Part shown: piece by piece, positions 55,544 to 63,169 of the stretch
How positions within the stretch are numbered: the first letter of the stretch is position 1
Layout of the letters: every line of letters begins with the position of its first letter
IMG/VR virus record: IMGVR_UViG_3300014293_000001
Location: 1-64,000 of that record
DNA length: 64,000 bases
Origin: a virus
Strand: one strand, 5' to 3'
Notes under the pieces: generated by a model
Seen by the model: only the letters and a program-made list of their open reading frames with translations
Told to the model about the DNA's origin: nothing
Database searches by the model: none
Position numbers and translations under genes: made by a program

Positions 55544-57270
55544 TATTTTGCCTCCTTTAATAATCCTGTCTTCTGTAAGACATTACGTAACTCAATGTAT
55601 TTTTTATTTTTCGCTATACGAGCGATGTTACTCCAACCAATATAGCGTATAGAATTCATATTCGCTAAGTCGGTAATTACATCGACAAACTGAATATAAG
55701 CATGAATTCGCTCTACATCTTGTGTGGAGCGGAACATGCGGAACTCTACAGTCTGACTAGGACAAAGATTAATTGCACGATATTTTTCGTTTTCATCTTT
55801 TGCCACAGTATAAATTTGAGATAACTCCTTGACTGTCATTCCATACTTTTGGCACCAATTACTATCTTCATCAGTTCTGCAAGCAAAAAGCATTAATGTA
55901 TCAAAATTATTTTCAACAAATCGAATAATTTTGGCAATTTCATTATTGCCTTTGAAGAAATTACGATTTACATGAATATGTAAACCTGAGTTTGCACTAG
56001 ACTCACCATGCAAATCTTGCACACGTTTAAAGAATTTATCATAGTCGATATTACTTAAATGGAATTGAGGTGTACATGGGTGAGTAACGAACTCCATTCC
56101 GTCGCGTAATGAGCCGTCATGTTTAGCATAGACAATTTTGTTTAAATCACCAATAATCAAATCAGCTCTTTCATTACTTTCGCCACAACGGTGGAATTCC
56201 ATTTCAATACCAAGGAATTTCTTGCCTTCACCATTAAACACTGGCTCTGGTTTAAAATTGTAAGAATGTAAGCCAGTCAATGGAGCTGCACTTTGGGACG
56301 AATAATATTTATTGTTTGAATGTCGATAAAATTCATTACGTCGTGCCTTACTAAACTTCTTGCCCAAATCTTCTACAAAAATAAAGTCTTCTTCAGTTGC
56401 ACCATATGTTCCATTATGACATACAAGTCTGTCTTTTACGCTAGGGTGGAAATAAACTTTACCAGTGCCAGAAATATAACCTTCTATCATTTCTGTTTTC
56501 AATCCTGTTTGATGAGATAGAGGACATGTAACAATGAATTGGTCTACTAATACTGGGTGTATACCCGATTGTTTAACAATGTCACGTTCATCTGCAATAT
56601 AGAACGGCACGCCAGTAACTTTACAAATGGCAAAATCAGGATAATCCACAAGTTTATCTAACTCATCAAAACCAATGTATAGATTTTCATAATCTTTACC
56701 TAAAATCAAGTGGAAGTTTTGAGGGTTGTACCAATTACCACTTACAAACGATTTCTTAATGAACTCTGGTTTGTCATCTTTATTCATTCGCATGATACCC
56801 AGTTTTGTTCTAACTATAATAACATCATTACCCAATGGTTTACCTGTTATAGCACAATGCGTATTAATATTACCAATTACTTCTGTATCATCGTCTACTA
56901 CCAAGATTTTACTGTCGATAGCAGCACAGTAGTAATATACCACATCGCCACGTGTCATAACAGTTAAGATATTGTTATATCTATCTTTAAGGACTTGACC
57001 AACATGATATTTACATTTTCTATGTGTGTCTGTAGTACAACCATAATTAATAACAGTTCTACCTGTTACTTTTTCCACTACTAATTCACTATCAGTAGGT
57101 GTAATCTGTAATTCAGAAGGTAAAAGAACAGTACATTCATCAGCTAGAAAGAAATCACGTGAATCATTACTAGCACATAAATATCCGTATGCTCCTTCAT
57201 GGTTATAACCATCGCCAATTACACGATAAACACTACGTCCGTGTTTAATTTTAATGCCTAATGTAATCAT
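55543..57270 (-). CDS. amidoligase (COOH-NH2 ligase, Amidoligase_2-type) with ~340-aa N-terminal extension
   Basis: C-terminal FLGIEMEFH...KHDGSL..GMEFVTHP...SGLHIHV...TVEFRMFRST pattern. ATG 57270 overlaps the upstream stop (TAATG). Confidence 0.65.
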   Translation of the reverse strand: MITLGIKIKHGRSVYRVIGDGYNHEGAYGYLCASNDSRDFFLADECTVLLPSELQITPTDSELVVEKVTGRTVINYGCTTDTHRKCKYHVGQVLKDRYNNILTVMTRGDVVYYYCAAIDSKILVVDDDTEVIGNINTHCAITGKPLGNDVIIVRTKLGIMRMNKDDKPEFIKKSFVSGNWYNPQNFHLILGKDYENLYIGFDELDKLVDYPDFAICKVTGVPFYIADERDIVKQSGIHPVLVDQFIVTCPLSHQTGLKTEMIEGYISGTGKVYFHPSVKDRLVCHNGTYGATEEDFIFVEDLGKKFSKARRNEFYRHSNNKYYSSQSAAPLTGLHSYNFKPEPVFNGEGKKFLGIEMEFHRCGESNERADLIIGDLNKIVYAKHDGSLRDGMEFVTHPCTPQFHLSNIDYDKFFKRVQDLHGESSANSGLHIHVNRNFFKGNNEIAKIIRFVENNFDTLMLFACRTDEDSNWCQKYGMTVKELSQIYTVAKDENEKYRAINLCPSQTVEFRMFRSTQDVERIHAYIQFVDVITDLANMNSIRYIGWSNIARIAKNKKYIELRNVLQKTGLLKEAK

Positions 57271-57485
57271 TATAACCATTCCCCCTCAATAATTCTATCA
57301 ATATCAATAATATTAGATGGTTTTCTGCGGAACTCTTTTTCCGTATAGAATGGGTTGGAATAAACTTCGATAGTACCATCAACACCATCTGCTGTTCTAC
57401 CAACTTGTGTCAAACAATCTGATAGTGTACGTGTTTTCATAGCGTAAGCTATAGGATAAAATCTTTTAACCATTTTTTTAGGCAT
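57270..57485 (-). CDS. small hypothetical protein coupled to the amidoligase gene
   Basis: ATG 57485 follows AAAGGTGG; 71 aa. It overlaps both neighbours. Confidence 0.55.
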   Translation of the reverse strand: MPKKMVKRFYPIAYAMKTRTLSDCLTQVGRTADGVDGTIEVYSNPFYTEKEFRRKPSNIIDIDRIIEGEWL

Positions 57486-58263
57486 TAAAAATACCACCTT
57501 TCTTTAACATTAAACCTAAAGAATTATACCACATAGGATGTAGAATTTCTTTATTACTACTGAAATAGCGTTTGATTTTTAATACATCAAACGATTTTAA
57601 TTGTTTCTGCCATACATCATTTTCTGATGTAAACAATGCAATTTGACATTTTGGCAAATCTTGTGCCAAAGTTGTAGAGGAAATTAATCTTTCTACAAAC
57701 CCTACTTTGTGTTCACCATCATTGTAATATCTAGCGGCACAAAGCAAACCATTAATAAACACCAACCCAATAGTAATTGTCTTATCACTACTGATAATGA
57801 CAGTTGGTACATCTTTTTTAGCTTTATCCTTACATAATTGATAAAGTCCTTCGCCGTAATAACTAATGCTACGAAGGTCGGTACCAAATCGTTTTAAACT
57901 TTCGTGCAAGCTATCTACTTGAAAATTAGGGATAGCAACTAAACTAACATATTGCTTCCCTAAAATAGTACCAATACGTAATGTAGATTTATCGTGTGTT
58001 GGACTACCAACAATATATGGCAAGGCACCGTATTTAATAAGCTCCTTATCCAAATCGCTTTGTACTAACAAAACTTCAGGACGATACATGCGTGCCACAT
58101 GTAATCTAAATTCACCCTTTTTAAAACCTTTCATTGTCTGAGAGGCTCTATCTAATTTTGATGTTTTATACCCGTCAAATTCGGTGAATGTAATTTCACC
58201 TTCCTTGTTTCGATATACAGCAAACCCCGTTTCGGAATTTACCGTTAAACCTAGATTTTTCAT
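57478..58263 (-). CDS. hypothetical protein
   Basis: TAGGAGG SD; 261 aa. Confidence 0.7.
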   Translation of the reverse strand: MKNLGLTVNSETGFAVYRNKEGEITFTEFDGYKTSKLDRASQTMKGFKKGEFRLHVARMYRPEVLLVQSDLDKELIKYGALPYIVGSPTHDKSTLRIGTILGKQYVSLVAIPNFQVDSLHESLKRFGTDLRSISYYGEGLYQLCKDKAKKDVPTVIISSDKTITIGLVFINGLLCAARYYNDGEHKVGFVERLISSTTLAQDLPKCQIALFTSENDVWQKQLKSFDVLKIKRYFSSNKEILHPMWYNSLGLMLKKGGIFNA

Positions 58264-58271
58264 ATTACCTC

Positions 58272-58610
58272 CTAAATACCAATGCTAAGACAACCTTCTA
58301 CTTTGCTTCCATTACGGATAACTTCAGCAGGAACTAATAAATCGTCCCTTTCTGGATAATGCAACTTGAATAGAGCTGATACAATATACCATACACCTTT
58401 TTTAGGCTCTGGTAATTGCGAACAACGATATACCGTTTTAGTAACTCTAATACCGTTGATATACCCTTGGAGTGTGGTAACTTCATCCAATCTCCATTCC
58501 TCACCTTTTACAGCAGGAATAACTTGGTCGATGTCACCTGTTTCATCAAGTATAGTCACTTCATGGGGAGTTTTGTTCAATATTTCCCCATGATAGCTGA
58601 ATAAAAACAT
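58272..58610 (-). CDS. hypothetical protein
   Basis: GAGGGA SD; 112 aa. Confidence 0.65.
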   Translation of the reverse strand: MFLFSYHGEILNKTPHEVTILDETGDIDQVIPAVKGEEWRLDEVTTLQGYINGIRVTKTVYRCSQLPEPKKGVWYIVSALFKLHYPERDDLLVPAEVIRNGSKVEGCLSIGI

Positions 58611-58619
58611 GCTATTCCC

Positions 58620-59111
58620 TCACTTCTCTACATTAAACCAGTCTTGAATGGTAAAAGATAATTCGGTATTACGTAACTCATTAAAACTCATAAAACCGAA
58701 GTCCTTATCATTAAAAAAGAAGTCATCGGATGTGGAATACAAGCCAATTTCGGCACTTTCCATAGCAACTTGTACAGCTTTATTACCACGGCAAACTTGT
58801 TTATTATAATCCGTATTTTCAAAAGCCATATCTTGTGGCAAGCATACGGAATTGAAAAGAAATACTTTATCTTTATTGTTGAGCTTCATTGCTTTTTGGC
58901 AAATACGCTCAATCAATTTTTGCGTAGGTTTTGCTACAGTCCACATACTGTATGCTAATTCTACGACATTATTACTAACGCCGTATTGATTAGCAAGAAT
59001 TGTCAATTCCTCACCATTGAGGTCGGTAGATACTTCTCTACCAACAGAAAAATCTAGTTTTTGTTTTTCGCTTAACCATAAAGCAAAAATTCCAAAAATT
59101 GTACGTGCCAT
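58620..59111 (-). CDS. hypothetical protein
   Basis: ATG 59111 follows AGGAAGGAG; an alternative ATG 59132 abuts the stop of the upstream micro-ORF. Confidence 0.65.
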   Translation of the reverse strand: MARTIFGIFALWLSEKQKLDFSVGREVSTDLNGEELTILANQYGVSNNVVELAYSMWTVAKPTQKLIERICQKAMKLNNKDKVFLFNSVCLPQDMAFENTDYNKQVCRGNKAVQVAMESAEIGLYSTSDDFFFNDKDFGFMSFNELRNTELSFTIQDWFNVEK

Positions 59112-59132
59112 AATAGGCTCCTTCCTAAGCAT

Positions 59133-59207
59133 TTATTGCTTAAACACGATATAAATGCAGTAACCAATATATACTGCAATTCCAATACATAGTAAATCTA
59201 ATCCCAT
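59133..59207 (-). CDS. candidate 24-aa hydrophobic micro-protein
   Basis: ATG 59207 lies 5 nt after TAGGAGGTG. Reads MGLDLLCIGIAVYIGYCIYIVFKQ. Confidence 0.4.
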   Translation of the reverse strand: MGLDLLCIGIAVYIGYCIYIVFKQ

Positions 59208-59217
59208 ATATCACCTC

Positions 59218-59610
59218 CTATAATGACACATTCCAATCTATCTTCCAGTAATACCTCCACGGTTGGCGATATTTACGGTCTTTACCAACGAATTTCTTAT
59301 ATTGATTAGCCTCATTAATTAAGCCAACTGACGCAAGTGTGTAATACAAACACTCCTCTGGTGTCCATAATGGTGCTGTATCACCATCATAACACTCTGC
59401 GATGTTATTATAATAGTCAACATAAATATGCCCATTTTCAACATAGATACATGTAACATCATAATCAAATTCGTTATAAAAATCACGAACATAGATTTCA
59501 TATGCAACAGAAAAAAGACTATTCCCTAATGGCAATACACCATCATGGTCAAAATATTGCATAAATGCTCTAATTGTCAATAATTCCAATGGGTTTTCAG
59601 GCTTAAACAT
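59218..59610 (-). CDS. hypothetical protein
   Basis: ATG 59610 follows TAGGAGG; 130 aa. Confidence 0.65.
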   Translation of the reverse strand: MFKPENPLELLTIRAFMQYFDHDGVLPLGNSLFSVAYEIYVRDFYNEFDYDVTCIYVENGHIYVDYYNNIAECYDGDTAPLWTPEECLYYTLASVGLINEANQYKKFVGKDRKYRQPWRYYWKIDWNVSL

Positions 59611-59618
59611 GATGCCTC

Positions 59619-59762
59619 CTAAAAGTCTAGGTATATTAAATAGCCATGATGTTGACACCATTGACCAATTATTAATAATAATACGAATACACCTAATAGA
59701 AATAACGTATCTTCACAATACTCTTTGTCTTTTTTTTGTTTACGATAACGTTCTTTTGTCAT
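59619..59762 (-). CDS. small single-pass membrane protein (47 aa; below the track cutoff)
   Basis: ATG 59762 lies 5 nt after GGAGG. Reads MTKERYRKQKKDKEYCEDTLFLLGVFVLLLIIGQWCQHHGYLIYLDF. Its stop overlaps the next gene's SD. Confidence 0.5.
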   Translation of the reverse strand: MTKERYRKQKKDKEYCEDTLFLLGVFVLLLIIGQWCQHHGYLIYLDF

Positions 59763-59949
59763 AATGACCTCCACAATAATCACGCCAGTAATTGTCTAGT
59801 TCGTGAACATTAACCTTAAACCAGTATGCGATGTGTTCTACATCTACTGGGTCGTATTCAACAATAATCTTTTCACCACGGCTCTTTTCAGCTTCTAGGT
59901 GCCTAGTTGCATGCTCATATAATGCACACTTTACATCGTCAGAAATCAT
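59740..59949 (-). CDS. hypothetical protein (paralog of 60476..60673)
   Basis: ATG 59949 follows GGAG. Shares the pattern V(K/x)DALYE.A......I(I/L)(V/I).Y...DVE..A..F......L.NYW with the 60476 gene. Confidence 0.6.
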   Translation of the reverse strand: MISDDVKCALYEHATRHLEAEKSRGEKIIVEYDPVDVEHIAYWFKVNVHELDNYWRDYCGGHYDKRTLS

Positions 59950-59963
59950 AATTTTCTCCAATT

Positions 59964-59992
59964 TAAAAAGACTGGGATTTTACTCCCAGTCT
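59964..59992 (-). terminator. intrinsic terminator inside the leftward operon
   Basis: The minus-strand RNA forms AGACUGGG-8 nt-CCCAGUCU followed by U5. It overlaps the stop of the 59980..60195 gene. Confidence 0.65.
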
Positions 59993-60195
59993 AATTCGCC
60001 CTTTTTAAAATATTCATGCTCTAACAAAATGGTATGCATAGAGACACATCTTACGGTAGCTAAACATTCTAGGTCATCAGCTTGCAACTCATCAGGCAAA
60101 TCTTCACCCATGTGAGCTGCTATAATCCTAGCACTGTCTAACATAAGAAAGAAATCAGTACCAGCAGGATAGGTTACACTAAATTCAGCTCTCAT
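59980..60195 (-). CDS. hypothetical protein
   Basis: ATGA overlap; 71 aa. Confidence 0.6.
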   Translation of the reverse strand: MRAEFSVTYPAGTDFFLMLDSARIIAAHMGEDLPDELQADDLECLATVRCVSMHTILLEHEYFKKGELDWE

Positions 60196-60479
60196 ACTTC
60201 TACCTCACTTTCATATTTATCCCATAATTCTTGAAGGCGTTTATATTCCTTCCACAAATCGTGGGTTGACATGTAGTGGAAATCATCATAATCATTATGC
60301 GATGCCGCATAATCATTAGCATGCTGAGTAGCATAATCCGTATTACGCTCTTTTTCATCATACTCAAACAATTTTGATACGTAATCGTAGTCATATGACA
60401 AACGATATACGCGATTGACTAAATTGTTATGATTAATCCAGCTGTAGAATTTCATATATTGTTTCGTGTGGGTATTCAT
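60192..60479 (-). CDS. hypothetical acidic/aromatic-rich protein
   Basis: ATGA overlap; 95 aa. Confidence 0.6.
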   Translation of the reverse strand: MNTHTKQYMKFYSWINHNNLVNRVYRLSYDYDYVSKLFEYDEKERNTDYATQHANDYAASHNDYDDFHYMSTHDLWKEYKRLQELWDKYESEVEV

Positions 60480-60673
60480 AATGACACCCCCAAGAAACTA
60501 CACCAATAAGCATTTAGGATATCGAAATCCATGCCAAATAGATTGGCTACACGTTCTACGTCGGTGCGTTCGTAAACAATAATGAGTATTTCATCACCGT
60601 TTTCGTCGAACTCATGATTAGTAGACGCACTTTCATACAAAGCGTCTTTTACTGTTTGGGAAATCTCAGCCAT
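60476..60673 (-). CDS. first gene of the leftward operon (paralog of 59740..59949)
   Basis: ATG 60673 follows GAAAGGTGG; the track start 60718 is an upstream extension. Confidence 0.6.
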   Translation of the reverse strand: MAEISQTVKDALYESASTNHEFDENGDEILIIVYERTDVERVANLFGMDFDILNAYWCSFLGVSL

Positions 60674-60734
60674 AATAGACCACCTTTCTCTCCGCTTTTT
60701 TCTGGAGATACCAAGCACTAATTAAAAATTTGTA

Positions 60735-60865
60735 TTGTGTCTACCCAACGTGGTGCTGTCCGTCGGGGACAACCTCACTATGCCCCATCTCCGTGGCTCT
60801 ACCACAAAACCCAGCAACCATGCGGGCTGGCAAGCTCTCACGTCATGCACCCCAGCCACTCAAGC
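60735..60865 (-). promoter_or_regulatory. GC-rich promoter/leader island of the leftward operon
   Basis: Contains blocks shared with the other islands: GTGGTAGAGCCACGGA (60790-60805, minus strand); CATAGT followed by GAGGTTGTCCCCGACG (60761-60782, minus strand); and CACAAAACCCAGCAACCATGCGG (60803-60825, plus strand). The exact -35/-10 elements are not resolved. Confidence 0.45.
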
Positions 60866-60924
60866 AAACGTATGTTCGATGTTACATCAAATTATATTTT
60901 ATACAATACGTGTATGTGAAATTA

Positions 60925-61805
60925 AATCGTATGCAATATAATATATAAAAAATATATCGTGCGTGATTATATATAATTAAAAATAATTGTATACAACCAA
61001 TCTATTATAAATTAAATTGTACAAAATATAATTGTATTTTTTATCAAATGTAAATATAATAAAATACCATATATATATAATTTTGTCAATAGCCCTAGAA
61101 TTGATTATATTAGCCTCTAAGGTGCTTCTAACTATTTTTAGGTATAATCTATCATTGAATATATAAAAACGCCATACAGGGCAAATAAAGCGTTTTTAAT
61201 TACACAATTAAATTGTACACAATATAATTGGACATAAAAAAAGGCTACCCTACACAATAGGATAGCCTAAAATTAAATTGTACAAAACTAACAATTATCA
61301 CGATTGAATAATACAAAATAAGATTGCATACAATTAATTGAGCATGATGCCACAATATACAATACAATTGAATACCATAAAATAATATCAAATTAAAACA
61401 GGTACAACTAAATTGAGTACAATATGATTATATACAATACGGTTGCGGGGAAAATAAAAGTATCAAATTCCATTGTATAAAATATAAACGATATAAGATA
61501 ATACAGTATAAGATATAATATAATAAAATCAAATTGTATGCAATACAATTTCTATAAAATAAAATAGTGTAAAACTCAATTGTATACAATATAAGTATAA
61601 TCACAAACTACATTATACACAATTCAATTTTACACAATATATATAAACATATGTTCGATTTTAAAGACAATAAAAAATACCAGATAATCGAATACAATTC
61701 AATTGTACACAATTAGTCAGGCGGGGTAATAAAAAGAATAAAATTCCATTGTATCAAATATACGTATATAGTAATATAAACATATAAAACTAAATTGTAT
61801 ACAAT
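60925..61805. repeat. iteron array: ~14 copies of a 13-bp dyad AATTGTAYRCAAT
   Basis: Perfect copies at 61211, 61532, 61578, 61701 and 61793. Copies with 1-3 mismatches at 60925, 60985, 61015, 61276, 61411, 61471, 61611, 61626 and 61747. There is also a ~54-bp direct repeat (61445-61498 and 61721-61772). Confidence 0.85.
61236..61267 (-). terminator. intrinsic terminator (minus strand) inside the non-coding region
   Basis: The plus strand reads A7 then GGCTACCCTA-CACAA-TAGGATAGCC. On the minus strand this gives a 10-bp stem (one mismatch) followed by U7. Confidence 0.6.
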
Positions 61806-61815
61806 AGAATAGATA

Positions 61816-61846
61816 CAAAAAAAGGGTAGCCTTAATAGACTACCCT
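61816..61846 (-). terminator. intrinsic terminator of the 156-aa gene
   Basis: The plus strand reads A8 then AGGGTAG-10 nt-CTACCCT. On the minus strand this gives a stem followed by a U-run, 10 nt after the stop codon. Confidence 0.75.
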
Positions 61847-61855
61847 CTCAAGATA

Positions 61856-62326
61856 TTATTTTGTTTGACTTGCCAATAGCTGTTCCATCATCTTTTCAAG
61901 TCTTTCAGCACGAGCCTCCGCCTCTTGATTTTTTTCAATAAGTGCTTTCATGTCCGCTTCTAATTGTGCAGTTTTAGATGTTTTAGCAGTTTTTACTTCT
62001 TTTTCAGCCTCTAATTCTACAGTGGAAATATATATTCTGTCAGTAAATAAGCGTACAGTCAAACCGTCATCGCTATGGGCTTCTACGACGCCAGCCCCCC
62101 GTACAGATGTAGTGTTGGCAACAGGAATGACAAAATTAGAGCCTTTCGCGGACTTAACAATATCACGGGCGTTCATAGTCAACACCATAGTAATGTCCCC
62201 TGTATTTTTATCTACAGATACGCCGTATGCATGGTCGCGAATCGGTAACTTCTCGCCATCTTGTAATTTTTTAGCGTTTTTAATGATGTTTTGTAATTCG
62301 AATTTTGTTGTAACAGTTTTAGCCAT
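61856..62326 (-). CDS. hypothetical protein with C-terminal coiled coil; a stand-alone transcription unit
   Basis: AAAGAGG SD; 156 aa. It has its own promoter candidate and its own terminator. Confidence 0.75.
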   Translation of the reverse strand: MAKTVTTKFELQNIIKNAKKLQDGEKLPIRDHAYGVSVDKNTGDITMVLTMNARDIVKSAKGSNFVIPVANTTSVRGAGVVEAHSDDGLTVRLFTDRIYISTVELEAEKEVKTAKTSKTAQLEADMKALIEKNQEAEARAERLEKMMEQLLASQTK

Positions 62327-62486
62327 GATAGACCTCTTTCTACGCTTTCAAGCGTTAATGAATAGTTGGTATCGTTTATTGATACCCTGAAAGCCATTCG
62401 CTTTCCGTGGCTACACTATCTCATACCTCCGCTGATATAGTGCAATGCGTTGTATTTACCCCGCTTTTTGCGACATTACCCCCCTC

Positions 62487-62516
62487 ACTATATATTATTC
62501 GTTGTGATACAGTGAA
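62487..62516 (-). promoter_or_regulatory. candidate promoter for the 156-aa gene
   Basis: On the minus strand: TTCACT (62511-16), 18-nt spacer, TATAGT (62487-92), followed by GAGGGGGG. Confidence 0.4.
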
Positions 62517-62890
62517 TTTTTTCTATCTGCTTCGATACTTTTCGATATATCCTACCTCCCCTCTCAGGGGGTGGGGCTTCGCATTTGGCGGGTGGTGGCG
62601 GGACATAGAAAATAGAGACTGCTTATACAAAAATCCATACCTTCTCAAAAACATTTATACAAAAATCTATAAACCTATAGGTCGAAGAGCACCCAATGAT
62701 GAGCAATAACTTCTCCCTATAAAAACTAATACAAATATGAAGATAACATGAAGTAATTGTTTCACAGTTGATTACGAGTTGTACCGTTTTTGTTTCCCAA
62801 CAGAAACAGGGTCAAATAGGGTTATTTTGATACCATAGGGGTATCGTAAGTACCCAAAAATGGCAAAATACATATTGTATGGTTTACTAG

Positions 62891-62955
62891 TTCTTTTTCT
62901 CTTTCTTTTCTTTCTTTATATATTTCTTTCTTTATCTTTCTCTTTTTCTTCCTCG
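62891..62955 (+). repeat. ~65-nt polypyrimidine (T/C) tract
   Basis: ttctttttctctttcttttctttctttatatatttctttctttatctttctctttttcttcctc; only a few A residues interrupt it. Confidence 0.9.
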
Positions 62956-63169
62956 TACTTACGTACTCGTCAGAAAAAGACGTTATCAGCTTTCTAGGGT
63001 GGGGCTTCAAAATACCGTAGTACTATCTATTACGAAACCGATAACGTGTAATATTTTTACAAATCCAAATTAGCTTGTGGTATTACCAAATGAACTGTTA
63101 TGAAACAAACAAAAGTCTAAATCGTATTTTTCACCGATAGTAGTGAAAGGGCAAGAAAGGAGATTGGTA

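Noticed and set aside
60730-60948. Three overlapping plus-strand ORFs (72, 68 and 60 aa) in all three frames
   Set aside because: All three lie in a GC-rich island where stop codons are rare. None has an SD, and they overlap each other completely. They are an artefact of base composition.
60925-61805. Possible CRISPR array, because many short repeats occur in a non-coding region
   Set aside because: The repeats are only 13 bp, are dyad-symmetric, have irregular spacing (15-180 bp), and sit in AT-rich low-complexity spacers. There are no 28-37-bp direct repeats with uniform spacers and no cas genes. The region is interpreted as an iteron array.
62407-62709. 100-aa plus-strand ORF
   Set aside because: It has no SD. 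It spans the promoter/leader island and the repeat GGGTGGGGCTTC, and its composition is low-complexity (P/L/F/Y-rich).
62822-63010. 62-aa minus-strand ORF rich in K/E/R
   Set aside because: It is the antisense translation of the polypyrimidine tract. Its TTG start lies inside the GC block and has no SD.
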